NCBI RefSeq assembly: GCF_004010195.1
Contig: NC_057718.1
Location: forward strand, 66,729,584-66,749,583
Length of the DNA stretch: 20,000 bases
Direction of reading: 5' to 3'
Origin: Chiloscyllium plagiosum
Taxonomy: Eukaryota
Of the stretch, positions 10,295-20,000 are shown piece by piece (position 1 is the first letter of the stretch; each line of letters begins with the position of its first letter). Below the pieces are notes generated by a model. The model worked only from the letters and a program-made list of their open reading frames with translations. It was not told the origin of the DNA and did no database searches. Position numbers and translations under genes: made by a program.

Positions 10295-10943
10295 TATATG
10301 GTATCCATACATCTTATTCTATTCACTAACTCCCCAGGGCTCTGTGTACACGCTTACTTGTCCATTCTTCATTTCAATGATTTCATTCATTTATTTAATT
10401 CTAACTAACATTTACTTGATACTTTGATTTTATTTTATCAAGTTCATTCAAACTGCATGCCCCACATCTGCAATTTCGCCTCCTTGCACAGCAAACAATA
10501 TATCTCGACTGTGATAATATATTGGGCAATAGATTTTTTTTAAAAAATCATTAATAGTTCTTTATGTCTTTTGCAGGTCTAACTATATTCTTCATAGTTC
10601 TATCCTTAACCCTTCTTACATTGACCTCAAGTTCAACTCTCAGTGATCTGGCAATGCTAACATTCCAAGACACTTTTTCATGCTTATTTTCATCAAAAGA
10701 ATCATCATTCTCCATACAGACCACATCATTCAAAATATTATAAACAGCTTTAATATCTCTAAAAGTAGCTTAAAACCTTGTATCTTTCAACCTCGTTATG
10801 TTGCAGCATTTGTTAAATCAATTTGGCCATTCGCCTCTGAAATTTCCTTTCTTCTTCTTCCTAATACTTACGACTATTTTTTCTCGTACTTATGTTCCCA
10901 CTCTTTTTAAACCAAGACATCTACATGCTGTCATTTTTTTTTT

Positions 10944-11163
10944 CATGATTTGGAGATGCCAGTGTTGGACTGGGGTTTACAAAGTTAAAAATCACACAAC
11001 ACCAGGTTATAGTCCAACAGGTTTAATTGGAAGCACTAGCGTTCGGAGCGTTGCTCCTTCATCAAGTGATCACCTTCATCACCTGATGAAGGAGCAGCGC
11101 TCTGAAAGCTAGTGCTTCCAATTAAACCCGTTGGACTATAACCTGCTGTTGTGTGATTTTTAA
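10944..11163. mobile_element. Penelope-like element pseudo-LTRs in inverted arrangement
   Basis: 86-bp inverted arms at 10985-11070 and 11078-11163 with a 7-nt spacer and few mismatches; each arm carries a hammerhead-like core. Confidence 0.8.
11080..11114 (+). ncRNA. Minimal type I hammerhead ribozyme motif
   Basis: CAC-CTGATGA-A-GGAGC-AGC-GCTCT-GAAA-GC-TA-GTG gives stem I CAC/GTG, the CUGAUGA and GAAA boxes, stem II GGAGC/GCTCT, a palindromic AGCT stem III and a CUA cleavage triplet. Confidence 0.72.
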
Positions 11164-11442
11164 ATTTTTTTCAGGAGTCCAACTTCCTCATACAATTAAT
11201 TGACCATTAAAATTCAAATCTTGGTGGAATCTAATCAGAATCTCTTGTTTTTAAATTTTCATTTTACAGTTTTTGATCTTGAAGGTACCCCACAGTGTCT
11301 CCCTTCATCTTAGCTTCTTAAATTTAATAACTTGTTCCAAATCAATACAGGCCATATTTGATATATAATGAATATAAATTATTAGTTAATCTAGCAGTCG
11401 GGGGGAACCTAGTGTTAGTGACCATAGCATGAATGAATTTCT

Positions 11443-12045
11443 AGGAATGTTCTTTGATGATTGCAGATTTCATTATCATTCACAACTCCTCAGATACTGA
11501 AGTTCACGCAGCAAGAACTGGACAACATTCAATGCTGGAATAGTAAGTTGCAATTAACAATCATGCCACACAAGTATCAGACAGTGATAATTTCCACCAA
11601 GAGAGAATGTGACCACCTTCTCTTGGTATTCAAAGTGTTACCATTGTTTATTTTCCCACTATCAATATTCTGGGGATATACAACTGAATAGAAATTTAAC
11701 TGGACCATCCATACAGATATTGTGGCCACGAGAGCAGGTCAGAGGCTATGGGAATTCTACAGCGAACAACTCACCTCCAGACTCCTCAATACCTGTCCAT
11801 CATTTACAAGCACAAGTCAGGAGCGTGATAGAATACTCTTCACTTGTCTGAAAGAGTACAGCTGCAACATCACTCAAGCTTGTCACTACAAGGGCAACAC
11901 AGTCCACTTGAATGGCACCCAAACCCCCACCTTAACTACCTCTAATACTGATACACAGTTGTAGTGGCATGAACCATCTCCAAAATGCACTGCAGCAATT
12001 TGCTAAATCTCCTTCACAGCAACTTCTAAACCAATGACATACGCA
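11443..12045 (+). mobile_element. Old non-LTR retrotransposon 3' fragment (RT C-terminus; CR1/L2-group)
   Basis: MFFDDC (degenerate FADD), QQELDNIQCW, PHKYQTVIISTKRE, ATRAGQRL, AQVRSVIEYSSLV across frameshifts. Confidence 0.8.
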
Positions 12046-12744
12046 ATAGATTCCTTGGGTGTTGCCACAAGAAACCCCATCAACGAGACAAGAAGTACTG
12101 TATTGATAATGACATGTGTCATAGAACAAACCATCACAATGTTGAAGATGAGTTTCAAAGTGAACAATAGGCTTTGAGATTCCCTTCGGTGTCACTAATG
12201 TGAGTATCCAGAATGATAGGAGAGTGTTAGTGTCTTGCAACACACTGCGCAGTTGAGAAAATAGCAGGTAGAATAGAATGGAATTTGCTGATTAAACACG
12301 TAAGGAAGAGGAAGAGTTGGAAGACAGAGAAGAAGAGGATTCATTGCCATATCAACCATTTACATCTGTCTCTAAGATACAAAAGGTATCCTACAAAACA
12401 AAGGTTCAATTTATATAAAACCAAAGACTGAAATTCTGCAGCCTCCTCCCACTAGCTAGAAATTCGGGTGGGCAGAAGAAATGTTAAAGAAAACTTAAAA
12501 ATGATATTGGGAGAGGAAACCCTCTGAACTAATCACTAAATTTTGAGTAACCAGTCCACTACTGGTGGAATACCAATGATGATGGAATGATGCCTGCAAT
12601 TTCCCACTTAAGGACCTAATTGGCAGCAGGGCAGGAAAGCGTCTTCTTACCTCAGACCTAAGCAGCATAGAGTCCTCAGCTTTCATCCTCACATCCACTT
12701 AAATGCCTCGACCATCAAACTGGTCACAGAGCAGGGATCAAATT

Positions 12745-14105
12745 CCATCCATAATATGCAAAAATGTGGAACTATTTTTAGGTAGGTAGAATGGAAAAGC
12801 AAAATATTTCTTAAAAGGTGAAATAATATAAATGTTAGGATCCAGAGGAATTTGGGGGTCCTTATGTCCAAACTACAAAAAGTTATCATGCAGGAAAAAT
12901 AAGCAATTAGGAAAGAAAACTGGACATTAACTTTTATTACAAGTAGATAGGAATAGGAGATTCAAGAGCTTCTGCTGTAGTTAAATGTGACTTTGGTGAG
13001 ACCACAGCCTGTGTAATGTGTATAGATTGGTCTTTTTATTTAAGAAAGAATATAGTTGCCTTCAAAAAGAGATTGTCTAGGTTAATTCCTGCATTGAGAT
13101 CTCTTCATTGAGTAGAATGGTTCTCCATTCACTGATAGAAAGATGATTTCTTTAAAATGTATATAACTCTTATTTTCTATTTTCACTGCAGATGATGCAG
13201 AGGAGTGAGTCCTAGGCTCACATGTGTCCATCTGCTTTCTTTGTTGTTTTTAAAAAGGTTTTGCTCTTTTTCTTCATTTTTTTCCTTGTTTTAAAACAAA
13301 AGTCTTTGTGACGGGTTAATTGGCAGCTTCTCCTGGCATTCGGGGTAAGTGACAGTGGCAAATCTCCTCTAACGGTCAGAGGTGGTGGCGGAAGTGGTAG
13401 CAAGATCCTCCTAGTAATCGATGTGAGGCTTGCAGGCTGACCGAGACTTTAAGCTGTAGCTAAGTCTGGGTGCCTGCATTGGTGATTCCAAACTCCATTA
13501 TGGAGATAAGACTTAGACTTTAAAATACAAAATGAACAGTAATTCCTGTCGTTCTTAGTTACTTTTAAAAAGGACTTCCATTGAGCTCACAACTGCAATG
13601 AAATAGCTAACACACACAACATTTCTGTATGATACTATTCATTAAGCAAACTCAAAATACAGAAATGAAACAGATAAAACACCAGACATTGCACTGCAAT
13701 GTTTTTCTTACCTTCTGGCTTTTATTTCGACTGTGTTTTTTTAAATTCTGGTTTTGTCACCAAGACGGCACCAGAGAATGGTGACTTTGTAAACTTTCCA
13801 CTCCATTAATATATTCCGATACTTGAACACATAATAATAAAATCTAATTCTAATTCTTATGGGGCTGACAAAATGACTGCAAAAGGCAGTTTTCTCTGGC
13901 TGGAGTGTCATGAGTGAAAGGTTACATATTGAGGAGAAAGGGTCAACTATTTAGGATTAAAGTTAGGAAAAATCCCTTTACTCTGGAGGTTTTAAGACTT
14001 TGGAATGTTCTGCCATAGAGAGCTCTGGATGATGAGATCGATAGACATTTTTTGGGACTAAAGTAAGTGAATAATATGAGGTTAGGGCATGAAAGTGGAG
14101 TTAGA
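12745..14105 (+). mobile_element. Old CR1 LINE 3' fragment split by a ~690-bp insertion
   Basis: Degenerate CR1 ORF2 C-terminus (QRNLGVL at ~12843, TLVRP at ~12990) up to ~13170. It resumes at ~13855 with FRIKVRKNPFT..LWNVLP and is cut by the younger CR1 at ~14102. Confidence 0.75.
13172..13856 (+). mobile_element. Unclassified non-autonomous retroposon-like insertion
   Basis: Interrupts the CR1 fragment, ends in AATAAAATCTAATTCTAATTCT, and is flanked by similar AACTCTTAT / AATTCTTAT (possible TSD). Confidence 0.5.
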
Positions 14106-14424
14106 GTCATAGAGACGTATAGCATGGAAACAGACCCTTCAACCCATCCGTGTCGACCAGATATCCCAACCCAATCTAGTCCCACCTGCCAGCACCCGGC
14201 CCATATCCCTCCAAACCCTTCTTATTCATATACCCATCTAATGCCTTTTAAATGTTGCAACTGTACCAGCCTCCACCACTTCCTCTGGCAGCTCATTCCA
14301 TATACGTACCACTCTCCACGTGAAAACGTTGCCCCTCAGGTCTCTTTTATATCTTTCCCCTCTCACCCTAAACCTATGCCTCTAGTTCTGGACTCCCCCA
14401 CCCCAGGGAAAAGACTTTGTCTAT

Positions 14425-16975
14425 TTACCCTTTCACTATTCTATCTACCTGCAACTCCACTTTCAAGGAGCTATGAACCTGCAGTCCAAGGTCTCTTTCT
14501 TCAACAAAACTCCCTAGGACCTTACCATTAAGTGTATAAGTCCTGCTAAGATTTGCTTTCCCAAAATGCAGCACCTCGCATTTATTTGAATTAAACTCCA
14601 TCTGCCATCTCTCAGCCCATTGGCCCATCTGATCAAGATCCTGTTGTAATCTGAGTGCTAAGATTTGCTTTCCCAAAATGCAGCACCTCGCATTTATCTG
14701 AATTAAACTCCCATCTCTCAGCCCATTGGCCCATCTGATCAAGATCCTGTTGTAATCTGAGATAACCTTCTTCGCTGTTAACTATACCTCCTATTTTGTT
14801 GTCATCTTCAAACTTACTAACTATACCTCTTATGTTCATATCCAAATCATTTATGTAAATGACGAAATGTAGAGGACCAAGCACCGATCCTTGTGGGACT
14901 CCACTGGTCACAGGCCTCCAGTCTGAAAAACAACCCTCCACCACCACCCTCTGTCTTCTACCTTTGAGCCAGTTCTGTATCCAAATGGCTAGTTCTCCCT
15001 GTATTCCACGAGATGTAACCTTGCTAACCAGTATCCCATGGGGAATCTTGTTGAACACCTTATTGATGTCCATATAGATCACATCTACTGCTCTGCCCTC
15101 ATCAATCCTCTTTGTTATTTCTTCAAAAAACTCAATCAAGTTTGTGAGATATGATTTCCCATGCACAAAACCATGTTGATTATCCCTAATCAGTTCTTGT
15201 CTTTCCAAATACATGTACATCCTGTCCCTCAGGATTCCCTCCAACAACTTGCTCACCATCAACATCAGGCTCACTGGTCCAGTCTGTTCCCTGGCTTGTC
15301 CTTACCACCCTTCTTAAACAGTGGCACCATGTTAGCCAACCTCCAGTCTTCCGGCACCTCACCTGTAACTATCGATAATACAAGTATCTCAGGAAGAGGC
15401 CCAGCAATCACCTCCCTATCTTCCCACAGAATTGAAAGGTACACCTGATCAGGTCCTGGGGATTTATCCCCTTTTATGTGTTTCAAGATATCCAGCACTT
15501 CCTTCTCTGTAATATGGACATTTTTCAAGATGTCACCATCTATTTCCCTACATTCTATATCTTCCATGTCTTTTTCCACAGTAAATACTAATGCAAAATA
15601 CTTGTTTAGTATCTCCCCCATTTCCTGTGCCTCCACACAAAGGCCGCTTTGCTGATCTTTGAGGGGTCCTATTCTCTCCCTAGTTACCCTTTTGTCCTGA
15701 ATGTATTTGTAAAAACCCTTTGGATTCTCCTTAATTTTATTTGCCAAAGTTATCTCATGTCCCCTTTTTGCCCTCCTGATTTCTCTCTTAAGTATACTCC
15801 TATTGCCTTTATACTCTTCTAAGGATTCACTTGATCTATCCTGTTTATACCTTACATATGCTTCCTTCTTTTTCTTAACCAAAGCCTCAATTTCTTTAGT
15901 CATCCAGCATTCCCTGTACCAACCAGCCTTTCCTTTCACCCTAACAGTAATATACTTTCACTGGATTCTCGTTATCTCATTTCTGAAGGCTTCCCATTTT
16001 CCAGCCATCCCTTTACCTGTGAACATCTGCCCTCAATCAGCTTTTGAANNNNNNNNNNNNNNNNNNNNNNNNNNNNNNNNNNNNNNNNNNNNNNNNNNNN
16101 NNNNNNNNNNNNNNNNNNNNNNNNNNNNNNNNNNNNNNNNNNNNNNNNNNNNNNNNNNNNNNNNNNNNNNNNNNNNNNNNNNNNNNNNNNNNNNNNNNNN
16201 NNNNNNNNNNNNNNNNNNNNNNNNNNNNNNNNNNNNNNNNNNNNNNNNNNNNNNNNNNNNNNNNNNNNNNNNNNNNNNNNNNNNNNNNNNNNNNNNNNNN
16301 NNNNNNNNNNNNNNNNNNNNNNNNNNNNNNNNNNNNNNNNNNNNNNNNNNNNNNNNNNNNNNNNNNNNNNNNNNNNNNNNNNNNNNNNNNNNNNNNNNNN
16401 NNNNNNNNNNNNNNNNNNNNNNNNNNNNNNNNNNNNNNNNNNNNNNNNNNNNGTAGGTACATCCACATACTGAATCAGAATACTTTCTTGTACACATTTA
16501 ACAAATTCCTCTCCATCTAAACCCTTAACACTATGGCAGTCCCAGTCTATGTTTGGAAAGTTAAAATCCCCTACCATAACCACCCTATTATTCTTACAGA
16601 TAGCTGAGATCTCCTTACAAATTTGTTTCTCAATTTCCCTCTGACTATTAGGGGGTCTATAATACAGTCCCAAAAAGGTGATCATCCCTTTCTTATTTCT
16701 CAGTTCTACCCAAATACTTTCCCTGGATGTATTTCCAGTAATATCCTCCCTGAGTACAGTTGTAATGCTATCCCTTATCAAAAATGCCACTCCCCCTCCT
16801 CTCTTGCCTCCCTTTCTATCCTTCCTGTAGCATTTGTATCCTGGAACATTAAGCTGCCAGTCCTGCCCATCCCTGAGCCATGGTATGATATCCCAGTCCC
16901 ATGTTCCTAACCTTGCCCTGAGTTCATCTCCCTTTCCTGTTAGGCCCCTGGCATTGAAATAAATACGGTTTAGTT
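14425..16975 (-). pseudogene. CR1 ORF2: AP endonuclease and reverse transcriptase, frameshifted
   Basis: IYFNARGL, GLYYRPPNS, VMVGDFNFPNIDW, KSPGPDQVY, PEDWRLANMVPLFKKG, NQHGFVHGKS, GVPQGSVLGP, FEDD (mutated FADD), FNSNKCEVLHFG. Confidence 0.95.
16049..16452. other. Assembly gap (404 N)
   Basis: Run of N inside CR1 ORF2. Confidence 1.
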
Positions 16976-17063
16976 TATTAGTCCTACCTGTCCCTGCCTG
17001 CCCTGACTGTTTGACTCACTTCTGTTCTCAATTATACTAGTCTCAGATTGATCTCTTTCCTCA

Positions 17064-18083
17064 CTATCTCCCTGGGTCCCAACCCCTCACCTTACTGAAA
17101 CGGTTGTCTATACCTCTGATTAGAGAGTCCCCCAACACAATTGATTTCTTTGAACCCAGCGTACCCCTCAGTGCATCCCGAGCAGCTCTAGCAAATCTCC
17201 CTGCCAGTATATTAGTCCCCTTCCAATTTTGGTGTAATCCGTCTTTCTTGTACAGGTCACTTCTACCCCAAAAGAGATTCCAATGATCCAAAAATGTGAA
17301 TCGTCCTCCCATACACCAGCTCCTCAGCCATGCATGCCTATTCCTTCCCTCACTAGCTCGTAGCACCGGGAGTAATCCAGATATTACTACTCTCAAAGAC
17401 CTCCTTTTTAAATTCCTGCCTAACTCTATGTAATCTCCCTTCAAAATCTCAACCATTTCCCTTCCTATGTCTTTGGTTCCAATGTGGACAATGACCTCTT
17501 GGTGGTCCCTCTCCCCCTTGAGAACATTCTGCACCCTCTCTGAGACATCCTTGATTCTGGCACTAGGGAAGCAACATACCATTCTGATTTTTCGCTGCTG
17601 GCCACAGAAACTTTTGTCTATACCTCTGATTAGGGAGTCCCCCAACACAATCGATTTCTTTGAACCTAACGTACCCCTCAGTGCATTATAGGCAGTCTCA
17701 ATACCAGAAACATGACTGTTTGTGCTATGTTCCCCTGTGAATTGATCACCCCCTACATTTTCCAAAACAGCATATTTGTTTGAAATGGGGATAGCCACAG
17801 AAGACGCCTGCATTAACTGCCTACCTCTCTTACCTTTCCTGGAGTTAACCCATCTATGTGGGTATAACTACGATATTTCCCCCTTGATATATCTGCCATC
17901 CATCATGTTCCGTTGCTGTTGCAAATTCCTCATTGCTTCTAATTGTCTCTCCAACTGATCCATTTGATCTGATAGGATTCGCAACCAACAGCATTTATTG
18001 CAGATATAATCCACAGTAACCTGTACACTCTCCTTAAACCCCCTCATTTGACAAGAAGCACATATCACTCTACTAAAGGCCAT
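17064..18083 (-). pseudogene. CR1 ORF1: C2C2 zinc finger, leucine zipper and SGNH/GDSL esterase domain, frameshifted near 17860
   Basis: MAFSRVICASC..YICNKC..LSDQMDQLERQLEAM; VLGDSLIRG, CCFPSARIKDV, VHIGTKD, DGLH. Confidence 0.92.
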
Positions 18084-18233
18084 TTTTGCTCCTTCACAAT
18101 CTACAGACCCAGAAAATAACACCATCTTATTCCTCCACAAAACACTGCTCCAGGTTAAATTAATAGTTATGGCTTATATTTTAAGTTTAATCAAGAGACA
18201 TATCTCAAAAAACATATAATCAAGAGTTTTTAC

Positions 18234-18516
18234 ATTAGATTAGATTCCCTACAGTACAGAAACAGGCCCTTCAGCCCAACAAGTCCACACCAACCCTCTG
18301 AAGACTAACCTAATCCCTACTAATGCACCTGTCACTATGGGCAATTTAGCATGGCCAATTCACCTGACCTGCACATGTTTCGACTGTGGGAGGAAACACA
18401 CACACACACAGGGAGAATGTGCAAACTCCACGCAGTCAGTTGCCCGAGGCTGGAATTGAACCCAGGTCTCTGGTGCCATGAGGCAGCAGTGCTAACCACT
18501 GAGCCACTGTGCCTCC
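18234..18516 (-). mobile_element. HE1-like V-SINE
   Basis: Intact head GGCACAGTGGCTCAGTGGTTAGCACTGCTGCCTC (A box), B box GGTTCAATTCC, V-domain and (TCTAA)n tail. Confidence 0.92.
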
Positions 18517-18538
18517 TTAAACCTTGTAGCACGGGGAT

Positions 18539-18551
18539 CCAAGATGGCGGC
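18539..18551 (+). promoter_or_regulatory. YY1-binding motif of the L1 internal promoter
   Basis: CCAAGATGGCGGC matches the YY1 consensus, a few bases from the element start as in other vertebrate L1s. Confidence 0.7.
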
Positions 18552-18694
18552 GACCCAGCAAGACTGAGTCTACAGTGCTCCTCCCAAGACTTGGGTACAG
18601 TGGGTCACCCACCCCCTACCACGCTCACCAAATCAGTTGTGTAATTTAATTAGTTGTGTAATATTACATTTAAACAATTTAATCCTAAGTATAA

Positions 18695-19529
18695 ATGACT
18701 AAAGGGAAGGGAGCCCACAGCGCTCAGCAAGCAGGAACCCCTCCCCCACCCTCTCCAGCTGCAACAGAGGCGTCCACAGCCACCCCGGGGGACTTACCTA
18801 AAGTGACAAGCCTTGCAGAAATGATTTCCAAGCTGGATTCGAAGATAGATGCCTTTATTGCAGAATCCAGAAATAGTTGGGACTCGCTCTCGGCCGCGCT
18901 GCAGAAGCATGACCGAGAAATCCAAGAAATTGAGCGCCGAGTCGGAGGGGCGGAGTTAAAGGCCGCGACCTCCGAAAATACCACTCAATCGGCCGTGGAT
19001 CAGGTCCGGACTCTCGAGAAGCGAGTCCGGACCTTGGAATCGAGGTCGTCGAAAAAATATTCGTTTGCTGGGCCTTCCCGAACGGGAAGAGGAAGGCCAG
19101 CTTACAGCATTCCTGGAGCAGTGGCTGCCACAGCTTTTAAATCTGGAAGCTGGATCAGGCCAGGTAAGGGTGGAATGGGCCTACTGGGTCGCAATACGCG
19201 GGCCTGGCTCAAACCAGCGCCCACGCCCGGTCCTGTTCCAGCTGCAGAGCTACAAGGAGAGGCAGATACTTCTAGAAGTCTCTAGAAATCTCGGAAAAGA
19301 CCCCCAAGCTATGATCTATAAAGGATCCAAGATCATGCTATTTCAGGACTTTTCCCCGGCTCTGGTTCGAAAGAGGAAGGCATTCGACGAGATGAAGAAG
19401 CGTTTAAGGGACTTACATGTTCAGTACTCCTTACGCTACCCAGCGATGTTACGCTTTAACCATGAAGGATCTGTATATAACTTTGGATCACCAGAAAAGG
19501 CGAAGGAATTCTTGGACTCTCTTAGATAA
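18695..19529 (+). pseudogene. L1 ORF1p (Transposase_22 family; coiled coil, RRM, CTD) with one frameshift near 19037
   Basis: Coiled coil ending RVRTLE, then in another frame NRGRRKNIRLLGLPERE, RPRPVLF, KIMLFQDFSPALVRKRKAF, YSLRYPAMLRF, F.SPEKAKEFL. Confidence 0.93.
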
Positions 19530-20000
19530 ACTGTAAGACATAATGGATGTTGGTCTGCCTTCCCCCCCACCCGCTTTGGTTTATATCCCCTCCCTTTTTT
19601 TTTCTTACCTTATTGCTTAATATTATTATGGGGGGTGGGGAGAGGGATTTGATTTTCTCCCCCCCCCCCCCCCTTGGAGTTGTTTTCTGTTATTATTTTA
19701 TGTATATATGAGGGATGTGTGTGTATATATATATATAAAAGCTGGGGGATTTGGTTAATGTTGGTGGGGGGAGGTGGTTACCTTATTCGATTTTACCTCT
19801 GTCTTTAGGAGCGGGGTTGTTTTTCCCTTCGTTATTTTGTATTATCATATTTAATTATTATTTGTTGAACTGGTAATTTTATAGTTATATGTTTATATAT
19901 GGTATTAACATTACCAAATATACCCAGGTGTTGGTAGGGGTGGGGGTGGGGTGCTCACTGTTAACTCTAGCTTTGTATTATATTTGAATTTTCCTCATTT

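Larger units (their letters stand above)
14102..18226 (-). mobile_element. Near full-length CR1 (HER1-like) LINE
   Basis: 5'UTR, ORF1 (zinc finger, leucine zipper, SGNH esterase), ORF2 (endonuclease and RT) and a 3' tail (CTATGACT-type repeat). The tail block GGAAACAGACCCTTC is shared with the HE1 SINE tails. Confidence 0.95.
18533..20000 (+). mobile_element. L1-clade LINE, 5' part (5'UTR, ORF1, inter-ORF spacer); continues beyond the window
   Basis: Starts GGGGATCCAAGATGGCGGC, followed by an L1-type ORF1 and a T/G-rich spacer. Confidence 0.9.

Noticed and set aside
12420..12710. Possible non-autonomous DNA transposon fragment
   Set aside because: No TIR pair or TSD could be verified.
15803..16520. 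Long ORFs containing X runs
   Set aside because: Artefacts of the N gap; only the CR1 ORF2 frame is meaningful.

Overview
Repeat-dense, AT-rich vertebrate DNA with no recognisable host gene. HE1-type V-SINEs and HER1-like CR1 LINEs point to a shark or other elasmobranch (inference). Positions ~15-7950 hold a heavily decayed minus-strand endogenous retrovirus that the ORF track misses because of stops and frameshifts. It comprises a leader minisatellite, an MG-initiated Gag N-terminus, capsid and CCHC-knuckle remnants, a class I (gamma/epsilon-like) RNase H and a nearly full-length env. The env TM subunit has an internal Cys-preceded fusion region, an LGNETT heptad, an immunosuppressive domain and CX6C, resembling filovirus GP2/ASLV-type Env. 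The rest holds a Gypsy integrase remnant, an inverted Penelope pLTR pair with a minimal hammerhead ribozyme, old LINE fragments, a near full-length CR1 with internal duplications and an assembly gap, three HE1 SINEs and the 5' part of an L1. All protein matches are by manual translation and motif recall, not database search.
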